64,000 nucleotides of DNA from an uncultured delta proteobacterium (GCA_963836955.1 CAWILO010000011.1:491703-555702), one strand, 5' to 3'; shown: positions 1-9,116, counted from the stretch's first letter. Notes: generated from the sequence alone by a model not told the origin. Program-made: numbers and translations.

Positions 1-2341
1 ACGGCGTCGACTCGAAAGTGCCGCTGATCTGATCGCTTCGGCGCTGGCCCTCGAAGTAGTAGGTCTCAGTGCCGTATGGGACCTGGAACTGCAGGTGGTT
101 GCCGCGCACGAATCCTTCGATCGGCGTCGTCCCGAACCCTGATTGATGTATCTCGAGCTCGCCGTGCAGGAAGCCGTTGGGCTGCGGGCGCAATCTAAGC
201 TCCAGCTCGGGATTGCCGCCGCTGCGAAGACCGCTGATAGTACCGGTCGCGATTGTCGGCCCGATCATCCCGCCCGAAGACATCGAGCTGGTGCCCATCG
301 AGCTGCCGATCGCGCCGCTGCTGCCCGGATACGTGGCGTACGGACTGCCGCCCGCGTCGCCGAGCACCTCGAATTTCTTGGCGCCGAAGTACTGGCCGTT
401 CAAATAAAAATTGACCGTGTAGGTGCCCGGCAGAAACGCGCCGCCGCGCGAGTTGCCGACGCGTCCGCTGAACGTCACCGTCCTCATATTGGGGGAGACC
501 GGCTGAAAATCGTTGACGCTGCCGAGCGTGCGTCCGTCGGGTCCGATATACGCCGCGTCGACGCGGTACTGATTGGGCTCGAGCTTGTAGAGGCGGTTGT
601 CGAAGCTGACCTGCCATCCGACGAACAGCACCTTCGACACGTCGAAAGAGTTGGTCACGCCCGAAAGAGCGGTTCCGGTCTTGGTGGTGTTCAGAAAGCT
701 GATATTGCGGAGCTGCAACGGCTTGGCGCGGCGCTCATCGATCATCGCGAGTTTGCGCGCCTCTTCGTCGCGCTTGCGCTGCTCTTCTTTTGCCGCGGCC
801 GCGGCCGCAGCCGCCGCCGCTGCCTCCGCGTTCTTCGCGCTGAGGTCCTGATTAACGATGAAGCCTTCCTGCGCCAGCATCTTGTCGTTCGAGTAGAGCG
901 CGACTTTGTAGGTGCCGGCGGGCTTGTCGGTCATCGTCGGCATCAACGCGACGCCGCTGAAGTCCGCGGTCTTCTGTGCGGGCCCGACAAAAATATTCGT
1001 GTCGCTCGACGCGATCTGAAGTCCGTTCGGATCGTAGAAACGCGCCTCGATCTTTTCGTCGCGGCCTTCGAGCCCGGCGAGCAGGTTCTTGAAGGTCGCG
1101 GTCCACTTCAGATAGCGCGCATTGGTCAGATCGGTGTCGTTGAATTTCGCTTGCGGCGGTGCCAGTGCGGTGCCCTCGCGCGTCGAGAGCGCCAGCGTCA
1201 TCGTCGAAAATTCCAGTGGATTCTCGCGCGCCTTCGCCAGCAATTCCTCATGCTTCCAGGGCAGTCCGTCGAACATAGGCTTGAGTCCGAGCCGCAGCTG
1301 AAGATCGGGGCTCGAGTAGAGGTAGGTGCCGCCGAACGCGGCTCCCGCCAGCACCACCAGGAAAACCAACAACCCGACCGAGCGGCTGAGCCGGCTCCGC
1401 GGCTTGCGATATTCCAGCGGCGCCTCGTCGTAATCGAGCGCCTCGACCTGCGACAGTCCGCCGGTTCCGCTGGTCGAGTCGACACGGTCGCTGTCGAGCG
1501 ACAGCCCGCGCCCATAGAGCATCATGTCGCGGAAATCCTGGACCTTCGGCGGCCGCCCGGTCATCTCGTATCCGAGAGCAGCGTCGATCGCGCCCGCCAG
1601 GTTGCTCGACACGCCGGGACGAAGATCGCGCACCGGCGGGAAACTGAAAGGCGGAAATTTTTCCGGATCGCGGCCGGTCAGCACGTAATGCAGCGTCGCG
1701 CCGAGCGAGTAGATGTCGCTGCGCGGATCGACCAGCCCCTGGTATTGCTCCGGCGGTGCGAAGCCGAGGGTGCCGATCATCGTGCCCTTGCGCGCCGCCT
1801 TGAACAGCCGCGCGATTCCAAAGTCCACCAGCACGACCCGCCCATTCGGATTAAGCATCACGTTGGACGGCTTCATGTCGCGGTAGATTATCGGCGGTAT
1901 CAGCCCGTGCAGGTACGCGAGCACGTCGCACAGTTGGCGCGCGATATCGATCACCAAGCCCTCGGGCAGCGGCTCGCCGCGCGCCGCGAGTTCTTCCTCG
2001 AGGTTGCGCCCCTCGACGTACTCCATCACCAGGTAATGGCGGTTGGCGAGTTCGAAGCGGTCGGTGATCGCGGGAATCGCCTGATGCTTCAGTTGCGCTA
2101 GCGTGTCGGCTTCGCGCGCGAAATATTCGTTGGCCTCGATCCGCTGCGCCTGGTCGATAAAGTGATCGACCATCTCCTTGATCGCGCACGGTCGATTCGC
2201 CAGCCGCTGGTCGCGCGCGAGATAGACCATCCCCATCCCGCCGCCGCCGAGCAGCCGGTCGATCGCATAGCGACCCTGCAGCACGGTGCCGGGCTCGAGC
2301 GGCCCGGTTTGCTGCGGTGAATCTTTGGGCGAGGTTGCCAT
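1..2341 (-). CDS. Membrane-anchored Hanks-type Ser/Thr protein kinase with extracytoplasmic C-terminal domains (3' end runs off the window)
   Basis: Not in the ORF track; translated by hand from ATG at 2341: MATSPKDSPQQTGPLEPGTVLQGRYAIDRLLGGGGMGMVYLARDQRLANRPCAIKEM..IIYRDMKPSN..LVDFGIAR..GTLGFAPPEQY..RSDIYSLG. This is followed by the hydrophobic segment VGLLVFLVVLAGAAFGGTYLY, and the frame stays open to position 1. Confidence 0.93.
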   Translation of the reverse strand, partial: MATSPKDSPQQTGPLEPGTVLQGRYAIDRLLGGGGMGMVYLARDQRLANRPCAIKEMVDHFIDQAQRIEANEYFAREADTLAQLKHQAIPAITDRFELANRHYLVMEYVEGRNLEEELAARGEPLPEGLVIDIARQLCDVLAYLHGLIPPIIYRDMKPSNVMLNPNGRVVLVDFGIARLFKAARKGTMIGTLGFAPPEQYQGLVDPRSDIYSLGATLHYVLTGRDPEKFPPFSFPPVRDLRPGVSSNLAGAIDAALGYEMTGRPPKVQDFRDMMLYGRGLSLDSDRVDSTSGTGGLSQVEALDYDEAPLEYRKPRSRLSRSVGLLVFLVVLAGAAFGGTYLYSSPDLQLRLGLKPMFDGLPWKHEELLAKARENPLEFSTMTLALSTREGTALAPPQAKFNDTDLTNARYLKWTATFKNLLAGLEGRDEKIEARFYDPNGLQIASSDTNIFVGPAQKTADFSGVALMPTMTDKPAGTYKVALYSNDKMLAQEGFIVNQDLSAKNAEAAAAAAAAAAAKEEQRKRDEEARKLAMIDERRAKPLQLRNISFLNTTKTGTALSGVTNSFDVSKVLFVGWQVSFDNRLYKLEPNQYRVDAAYIGPDGRTLGSVNDFQPVSPNMRTVTFSGRVGNSRGGAFLPGTYTVNFYLNGQYFGAKKFEVLGDAGGSPYATYPGSSGAIGSSMGTSSMSSGGMIGPTIATGTISGLRSGGNPELELRLRPQPNGFLHGELEIHQSGFGTTPIEGFVRGNHLQFQVPYGTETYYFEGQRRSDQISGTFESTP

Positions 2342-2368
2342 CGTCAAAAGCCGGCGCTTCGTCTGCGC

Positions 2369-4411
2369 CTAGCTTGCATACACTACGATCACCGAAATGT
2401 TATCGGTACCGCCGCCGGCATTGGCCGCGACGATCAATTCGCGCGCCGCGTCGAAGGGATCGGCGTTGCGCCCGAGGATGTCGTGGATCTGATTGTCGCT
2501 GACGTGCGCCGTCAAACCGTCGCTGCACAGCATTAGCTTGTCTCCGCGCTTGAACTTCAGCGAGACCGCCTCCGCTCCCGCCGGACCGCTCTGGCGCGCG
2601 CCGAGCGAGCGTGTGATCACGTTCTTGTGCTCGTGCGTATGCGCTTCCTCGGCAGTTATCTGCCCGATTTCTACCAGCCGCTGCACCAGTGAATGATCCT
2701 TCGTGACCTGGCGGAGCGTCGCGCCTTCCATCAGATATCCACGGCTGTCCCCGACCCAGGCCACCGCGGCATATGGGGGCGTGACCAGCGCGCAGACGCC
2801 GGTCGAACCCATTCCGCGAGACTCGGGATGGCTCGCCACATAATCGATAATCCTGGAATTCGCTTCCTCGAGCGCGCCGGTCAGCAGCTCAGCTCCGTTT
2901 GTAACTTCTCCATGTGCGCTTTCAAGCCGCGTTTCAATGTAACTCCGGATCGTCTGGACGGCAATTGCAGAAGCGACTTCGCCCGCCTCCGCACCGCCCA
3001 TCCCGTCGGCGACGACGTACAAATGACTTTGCGCCGGCTCGACCAGCGACTCGCGTGTGTACTCGAGCGCCAGCACCGAGTCCTCGTTATGCTCGCGCAC
3101 GCGGCCGACATCGGTCATCGCCGCCGCGCGCAGCCGGAACGCACCACCGAGCGCAATCAGCTCGGCTTTGAACTCGTCGATATTCGGCCAGCGGTCCGCG
3201 GGATTGAAAGCAATAGCGCGGCGAATCGCATTCTCCAGCCGCGGCGAAACTACGTGCGGAGGGTAGAACTGAACCGGACCCGCTTCCTCGCGCCAACTCT
3301 CGCTGGGTATCCTCGCGCCCGTGAGCCATGTGTAAAGGAGGGCGCCGGCCGAAAAAATATCGGCGCGCTTGTCCACCTTTTTGCCCCGATAAATCTCGGG
3401 CGCCGTGTAGCCGTCGTTGAAAATCGGCTCGCTCTGAAGCTCGTTGTCGTTGCTGACGTAGTCCAGCCCCGTGAGCTTGAGCCGCCCGTCCTTTGCGACG
3501 GCAACTGATTCGGGGCAGATGTCGTTGAGGCGCAGCGCACGGCGATGTACAAACGAAATCGCCTGGCAGACCTGCACCGCAGCAGCGATAGCATCCGTCT
3601 CGGACATTTTCCCCGAACCGCGGCGAATCGGCTTGAGTTCCTCGTCGGCATAAACCAGGTACACGCGGCCGTTCTCCGCGAAGCCTTCGGTCGCGCGCTG
3701 GAATGCCGGATGACTGATCGTCTGTGACAGGGCGAGCACACGGCCGAACACTTCGCCGAGATCTTCACCGACCGGCGGCGACGTATCCTCGTGCGCGCCG
3801 TCGTCGCTCTCGAGATCCTCCTGAGTTTCGGCTACGACTACCGCTTCCGCGGCTTCGCTCGATTCGTCCGGAGATGCGTTCTCGGCAGCCTCTTCGATTG
3901 CAGCGGTGCTTGGCTCGGCCTCGACTGTCGACTGCGCGCCTTCTCCCGACGCGATCGCACTCGACGACTCCACGTGCGAGCTCGACGCGTGCTGCTGTGG
4001 CGCTGGCGACGCGGTACCGTTTGTCTGCGCAGCCGGGGGTCTCAACTCCGCCGTCTTGGCGCTCGGCCCATTGGGATCCTCGACCCGCGGCGCAGGCTTC
4101 GGCGTCTCGACGACCGGCGCTTCTTCGACAACTTCCGCCGAGGGATTCGGACCGAAGCGCTCGCGCAATACGATAGATTCGGTTTTGTCGTCGCGGACGC
4201 GTTTTGCGCGGTAGCGATTTTCTATCGACGTCTGACTCGACAGCGCGACTATCTCGATTCCGCGCTTCAACGACGCGCCTGCCGTCAGCGGCGTCGGCTG
4301 CGTCGGCGATTGCGAGGCGGATGCGGCCGACTTGGACAACCCCTGGCCGCATCGATCGCAGAACTTGGCGTCGTCGGGCGCCTCTTGGCCGCATTCGGGA
4401 CAGGTGATCAT
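2369..4411 (-). CDS. Double zinc ribbon + degenerate kinase domain + PP2C/PPM (Stp1-like) phosphatase fusion
   Basis: N-terminal CPECG..CDRCG; kinase-like LNDICPES, GYTAPE, DIFSAG; PP2C motifs DVGRVREHNED, VADGMGG, WVGDSRGY, LCSDGL, GGTDNISVI. Confidence 0.92.
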   Translation of the reverse strand: MITCPECGQEAPDDAKFCDRCGQGLSKSAASASQSPTQPTPLTAGASLKRGIEIVALSSQTSIENRYRAKRVRDDKTESIVLRERFGPNPSAEVVEEAPVVETPKPAPRVEDPNGPSAKTAELRPPAAQTNGTASPAPQQHASSSHVESSSAIASGEGAQSTVEAEPSTAAIEEAAENASPDESSEAAEAVVVAETQEDLESDDGAHEDTSPPVGEDLGEVFGRVLALSQTISHPAFQRATEGFAENGRVYLVYADEELKPIRRGSGKMSETDAIAAAVQVCQAISFVHRRALRLNDICPESVAVAKDGRLKLTGLDYVSNDNELQSEPIFNDGYTAPEIYRGKKVDKRADIFSAGALLYTWLTGARIPSESWREEAGPVQFYPPHVVSPRLENAIRRAIAFNPADRWPNIDEFKAELIALGGAFRLRAAAMTDVGRVREHNEDSVLALEYTRESLVEPAQSHLYVVADGMGGAEAGEVASAIAVQTIRSYIETRLESAHGEVTNGAELLTGALEEANSRIIDYVASHPESRGMGSTGVCALVTPPYAAVAWVGDSRGYLMEGATLRQVTKDHSLVQRLVEIGQITAEEAHTHEHKNVITRSLGARQSGPAGAEAVSLKFKRGDKLMLCSDGLTAHVSDNQIHDILGRNADPFDAARELIVAANAGGGTDNISVIVVYAS

Positions 4412-4417
4412 GCGCCG

Positions 4418-6115
4418 CTAGCCTCTCCGAAACTGCAATATAGCACCACCGAGCACCACCTGGTCTCGATCTTTTAATTTGTAAAGCTGGTCGCGTCCGA
4501 GTTTGCCGCGCCCCGCGATATAAGTGCCGTTCAGGCTGCCGAGATCGCGGATGAAGTAATCCGCGCCGCGCAGCACTATCTCCGCATGGCGTCGCGACAC
4601 GCGATCGCCGTTGTGCGCCAGCTTCTTCAGATCGATGTCGAGTTTGTCGCCACCGTCCTGCGATCGTCCGATCGTGGTGCGCATCCCGAAAATTCCGAAC
4701 TCGATATCGTCGCCGCGCGAGACCAGCTTGGCCGGCGCAACGGATAGGTCGGCGCCGTTTTTACTGTTACCGAACAGTCCGTCAGATGCTGGCCCGGTCG
4801 AAATCGGTGGCGAGTAATTGCGCGACGAAGACGAGCGCGAACCCGTCCGCGATTTCGTGTCTGCCGGCGTCGATTCGCCGGTCGACCCTGACCGCGACAC
4901 GTACGGCGCCGCGGCCGCAGGAGGATTCAGCTCCTTGGTCTTCGCCGTCGATGACGGGTTTGGCGACCGCGACGAAAGCCGCGACTTGAGCCGCCGTTCG
5001 ATTATGCTGCGCGCCCTGCCGGTCAGCTCGATTGCTTTTTTGATCTGCGGCGCGACGATCTTTGCCGCCGTGCTACCCGCGCTGGAGATGTTGCCGTTTT
5101 TGATTTTCTCCGCGACTGGCTCGTTCAGCACGATCGTCGGCATCGTGGATACTGGCGGCTTGGATACTAGCGATTTCCATGGTGTCAAGCGCGACGGCTC
5201 GGGCGTTGGAGAGCTGTTCAGCACAACGGTTGACTGCGTGGAAATACGGCTCGGCGCACCCGCAAGGCTCGCGCTCCCGCCCAATTGTCCCGACTTATTC
5301 TCGGGTGGCGGCTCCGGCAGAGCGCGCTTCATCTCTTTTGCCGACACCTGCCGCTTGTTCACGTCCTGCTCGAGCGCGCGCATGACTGCGTCTGCAGTCT
5401 TCGGCGAAACTTCAGGCGACAGAGCACGCAGGGGAGGAAAGCTGAACGGCGGCTCGAGCTGCGGATCGCGGCCGGTCAGCAGATGATGCATCGTGGCGGC
5501 CAGCGAATAGAGATCCGAGCGCGCCTCGACCTTGCCCATGTATTGCTCGGGCGGCGCGTAGCCGACCGAGCCGATTTGCGTGCCGCGTCCACCGGGCGGC
5601 AGGAAGCGCGCGATTCCAAAATCGATCAGCATCGCGCGGCCGTCCTTGTCGATCATGATATTGCCCGGCTTCAGGTCGCGATAAATTATCGGCGGGTTCT
5701 GCTTGTGCAGAAAATCGAGCACGTCGAGCATCTGCCGCGCCCAGCGCAGCACCTTGTCCTCGGCGACTTTGCCCTTGGGCCCCAGCTTGTCGAGCACGCC
5801 CTGCAAATCGCCGCCCGCGACAAATTCCATCACCAGGTAGTGGCGCGAGTTTTCGGCGAAGTGATCGATCAGCGTCGGGATGCCCGGATGCGACAGGCGC
5901 GCGAGCACGTTGGCCTCGCGCGTGAAATCCTCGATCGCTTTTTTCTCCTGGATTCCGTCGCCGACGATCATCTCCTTGACCGCCACCGGACGGTTCGCCA
6001 GGCGCGTGTCGTTGGACAGGTACACGCGCCCCATCCCGCCGACGCCGAGCACCTTCTTGACCCGGTAACGACCGTCGAGAAGATGGCCCTCGGTGAGCTC
6101 CTCACCCGCATTCAT
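4418..6115 (-). CDS. Ser/Thr protein kinase with C-terminal FHA domain
   Basis: GVGGMGRVY, VAVKEM, YRDLKPGN, DFG, APPEQY; Ser/Pro-rich linker; FHA motifs IGR..VSRRHA..DLGSLNGT. Confidence 0.95.
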   Translation of the reverse strand: MNAGEELTEGHLLDGRYRVKKVLGVGGMGRVYLSNDTRLANRPVAVKEMIVGDGIQEKKAIEDFTREANVLARLSHPGIPTLIDHFAENSRHYLVMEFVAGGDLQGVLDKLGPKGKVAEDKVLRWARQMLDVLDFLHKQNPPIIYRDLKPGNIMIDKDGRAMLIDFGIARFLPPGGRGTQIGSVGYAPPEQYMGKVEARSDLYSLAATMHHLLTGRDPQLEPPFSFPPLRALSPEVSPKTADAVMRALEQDVNKRQVSAKEMKRALPEPPPENKSGQLGGSASLAGAPSRISTQSTVVLNSSPTPEPSRLTPWKSLVSKPPVSTMPTIVLNEPVAEKIKNGNISSAGSTAAKIVAPQIKKAIELTGRARSIIERRLKSRLSSRSPNPSSTAKTKELNPPAAAAPYVSRSGSTGESTPADTKSRTGSRSSSSRNYSPPISTGPASDGLFGNSKNGADLSVAPAKLVSRGDDIEFGIFGMRTTIGRSQDGGDKLDIDLKKLAHNGDRVSRRHAEIVLRGADYFIRDLGSLNGTYIAGRGKLGRDQLYKLKDRDQVVLGGAILQFRRG

Positions 6116-6190
6116 GGCGATTGTCTACCAGCCCTCCTCAACTACCGCGCACGCGGCGTACTTCCGGGCGCGCCTGGAGGGAACGGAGGT

Positions 6191-6856
6191 TCAAGAGATC
6201 GGTTCTACCACCAGCTTCAAAAACGTTTTCCCGATGATCACTTCGTCGCCCGATTTGATCTCGGCGGGACTTCCCGGCGAGAGCCGCGGCTGACGATTCA
6301 CGTAGGTTCCGTTCAGACTGCCGATGTCCTCGATCGTGATCTTGCCGGCGTCGATTCGAATCAACGCATGCTTGCGCGAGATCTTGGCCTCGGGATCGTC
6401 GGCGTCGAGATCCACTTCCGGAAACGATCCGGTCTCGGGATCCCATCGGCCCACCAGGTTGTTGCCCTCTTCGAGCGGAAATTCCTGGCCCTTGCGTCCA
6501 CCGCGAACGACAGAAAGCTTCGCCTTGAACGGTGCACCGGCGGCAGCCGTCGCCGAGGGCGCACTCTCAGGGGCAGCCTCAGGTTTGATCTCACCCGTCG
6601 GAGCATCCGACTTGGGCACTTCAGTGGTCGGCATTTCGCCGTCCGGCTTCGCATCAGCGGCGAGCGAAGGAGTCGCGTTGGCGTCGATACTTTCTGCGGT
6701 CGCAGCCGGCGGCGTTTCGGTTTTAGTCTCGGCGGCAGGAGCTCCAGCAGGAACCGAGGCGGCGCTGCTGCCTGCGGCGGCGAGCTTGGCGCCGCATCCG
6801 TCGCAGTAATCAAGTCCGTCCATGTTTTCGTAGCCGCATTCGCCGCATTTGATCAT
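6191..6856 (-). CDS. Zinc ribbon + FHA domain protein
   Basis: CGECG..CDGCG; Ala/Pro linker; FHA motifs VGRWD..ISRKHA..DIGSLNGTYVN. Confidence 0.93.
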   Translation of the reverse strand: MIKCGECGYENMDGLDYCDGCGAKLAAAGSSAASVPAGAPAAETKTETPPAATAESIDANATPSLAADAKPDGEMPTTEVPKSDAPTGEIKPEAAPESAPSATAAAGAPFKAKLSVVRGGRKGQEFPLEEGNNLVGRWDPETGSFPEVDLDADDPEAKISRKHALIRIDAGKITIEDIGSLNGTYVNRQPRLSPGSPAEIKSGDEVIIGKTFLKLVVEPIS

Positions 6857-6932
6857 GGTCTGAGCCCTCGCAGGTGAGTTCGAAGTATCTGTCCTCTACC
6901 GTTCACTAAGTCTTACTTTTCTCCCGATAAAA

Positions 6933-8237
6933 TTATTCCGACTTCTGGAAATCCTTCAACGCTTCCGGATCGAGCATCTGGGTCTTGCGCACCACCGCCT
7001 GCGCCTGCAGCAGCGTAGTCTTCGCGGCCTTGGTCTGCAGCGTCTGCGTCTTCTTGATCTGATCCATCAGGCCCGCCAGCGCCTGCGTTGCCTTGACGTT
7101 GCCCATCCGCTGCGTGCCCTGCAGCGCGTTGCCGAGCAGCCGGGTGGCACGATCGACGTTGCCGGCCTTCAGCTCCTCTTCGGCCTTCGCCTGCAGCTTG
7201 GCGATCGAAACCTGGTCGACCAGGTTCATCACGCGGCCGTTGCGCTTGCTGGTCAGCGTGCGATCGAGCGTGTAGTCAACCGTCAAATCGCAGGCCACGG
7301 TGTTTTCGCCGCCACCCGGCACTTCATAATGAAAAGTGCTCTGCAGAATTCTGACCTGCCCCGGCTTGCGCGGCGGCAGCACCAGCGTCAGCAACACCGA
7401 TCCGGGCACTCCTGCCTGCAGGTCGCCTATCTCGTAGCTGATTTTGCGATCCTCGCCGACCAGCGGTGTACCGAGCACGTAAATTTCCGGCGACGCGCGA
7501 AAGGCCTCGCGCACCTGCACGCCCTGCGACAGCGTCACCTCGATTCGCCCGTTGCGCAGGCTCACCGAGCGCAGGCCCTCGAGCTCGTCTTCGAAGATAT
7601 GAGGAATCTCGGCGGGATCGCCGATGAAATGATATTTGCCGTTGGAGTCCTGCGCGATTCGCTGTAGGAGCTTCTCGTTGAACTCGACGCCGACGCCCAT
7701 CGTCGAGAACGAAATCTGGTCGCGATTTTTCTCGACCAGCTCGATACATGCTGTCTCTTCGTAGGTCTGACCGTCGGTGAGCACCAACACGCGATTGAGG
7801 CGATCGGGGCTCAGATTTTTCTTGACCTCTTCGATCGCCGCGCGCATCCCGAGCGCCATCTGCGTGCCGCCGCCGATCTCAAGCAGGTCGATATCGTCGA
7901 TCGCCCGCTTGATTGCGGCCTGGTCGCGCGCTTCCTCCGGGGTGATCAGCACCTTCGCCTTGTCGGCGAACGCTACAATCGAGACCTTGTCGTCCGGTGT
8001 CAGGTTGTCGGCCAGGAACTTGACCGCCTCGACGACGAATTCCAGGCGCCGCTCGTCGTACATCGAGCCCGAGCGATCTATCACTACGCCAAGGTTGAGC
8101 GGCATCCTGCTCCCACCGCCCGCGCCACCTCTACCCCGGGCAACAGCCTCGAGCAGCACGTAGAGTACGAAGTTTTCCGCGCTGGAGAGCACATGTTCGC
8201 TGCTCGCCAGCGCCTCGAAGCTAAGCGGATCGGCCAT
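6933..8237 (-). CDS. von Willebrand factor A (vWA) domain protein with C-terminal helical extension
   Basis: Intact MIDAS: VIDRSGSM, GGT, LTDG; followed by a beta-sandwich-like region and a helical tail. Confidence 0.9.
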   Translation of the reverse strand: MADPLSFEALASSEHVLSSAENFVLYVLLEAVARGRGGAGGGSRMPLNLGVVIDRSGSMYDERRLEFVVEAVKFLADNLTPDDKVSIVAFADKAKVLITPEEARDQAAIKRAIDDIDLLEIGGGTQMALGMRAAIEEVKKNLSPDRLNRVLVLTDGQTYEETACIELVEKNRDQISFSTMGVGVEFNEKLLQRIAQDSNGKYHFIGDPAEIPHIFEDELEGLRSVSLRNGRIEVTLSQGVQVREAFRASPEIYVLGTPLVGEDRKISYEIGDLQAGVPGSVLLTLVLPPRKPGQVRILQSTFHYEVPGGGENTVACDLTVDYTLDRTLTSKRNGRVMNLVDQVSIAKLQAKAEEELKAGNVDRATRLLGNALQGTQRMGNVKATQALAGLMDQIKKTQTLQTKAAKTTLLQAQAVVRKTQMLDPEALKDFQKSE

Positions 8238-8457
8238 TCGTCAATCTCCCGAGACTAATTGTAGATTTAAGCTTAGAGCCTTGGCAACCGACCTATTAGA
8301 ATACGAACGGAGCGCGGGTAAACCAAGCCCCTCGGTAGCAATACAGTAACTATTAGGACGTTGCGGGGTTAATCCCGATACAACAGCTACCGGCGCAGAA
8401 TTAATATAGTCACGATCCAGCTTTAGCCCACATCACCCCGCCATTGAGAGGATTCCC

Positions 8458-8841
8458 ATGCGAACTGCCAACAAGCACATCCGCCACGGAGTCGGCAGCG
8501 TCCGCCCGTATCTATACGGCCGCCTGGATATGCTGGAACTCGTCAAACGGGCATTCGGCGCGGTGGAACTGGAACACCTGAAGATGGGCAACGGCGCACA
8601 CGTCGAGGCGAAAATCGGCGACTCGATGGTCGTGATGGAAGTCAGCGACCCGCCCCACCCGGGCGCAAAGCCCGCGTCGATTTACGTCTACGTCGAGGAT
8701 GTAGACGACGCCTACCAGCGAGCACTGGCCGCGGGCGCCACCTCGGTGACGGCCCCCGAAAACAAGCCCTACCAGGAGCGCGCCGCCGGCATAAAGGACT
8801 CCTTCGGCAACATCTGGTACATCGCAACGTACACCGGGTGA
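8458..8841 (+). CDS. VOC/glyoxalase (PhnB-like) family protein
   Basis: VRPYL..HVEAKIGDS..YVEDVDDAYQRAL..YQERAAGIKDSFGNIWYI; GAGG RBS upstream. Confidence 0.88.
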   Translation: MRTANKHIRHGVGSVRPYLYGRLDMLELVKRAFGAVELEHLKMGNGAHVEAKIGDSMVVMEVSDPPHPGAKPASIYVYVEDVDDAYQRALAAGATSVTAPENKPYQERAAGIKDSFGNIWYIATYTG

Positions 8842-8897
8842 TCGAAAAAGAGCGCGACCGCAGAACCCCGCATCCTGCTTATTGCCTGGTAGTCGGC

Positions 8898-9043
8898 ACC
8901 TAACCCCTAATCCCTAGGGAAGGGAACCCGATTGCCGCCGACCGAGAGCAAAGTAGTGCGCTGCGCGCAACTTTGCGATTGATACCGGGTGCAGGGGTCA
9001 CTCCTGCCGAGGGTAGTGTGAAACCCACCGCGGGTTTCACATT
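8898..9043 (+). repeat. Intergenic multi-hairpin repeat, family A, copy 1
   Basis: Core GACCGAGAGCAAAGTAGTGCGCTGCGCGCAACTTTGCGATTGA..GTGCAGGGGT..CCTGCC..GTGAAACCCACCGCGGGTTTCACATT is shared with 13041-13195, 14599-14778 and 27126-27370. Confidence 0.95.
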
Positions 9044-9116
9044 TGATTAAGTGATTTACCCTTCCCCTCCGCCGCGCTGGATGCCCTCCGCAAAAAAGCG
9101 TAAGAGAGTAAGCGCT

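Noticed and set aside
143-2101. 652-aa plus-strand ORF in the track
   Set aside because: Antisense shadow of the minus-strand kinase, which has all Hanks motifs; the ORF is Arg-rich with no recognisable domain.
5285-6877. 530-aa plus-strand ORF
   Set aside because: Antisense to the kinase-FHA and ZnR-FHA genes; typical high-GC shadow ORF.
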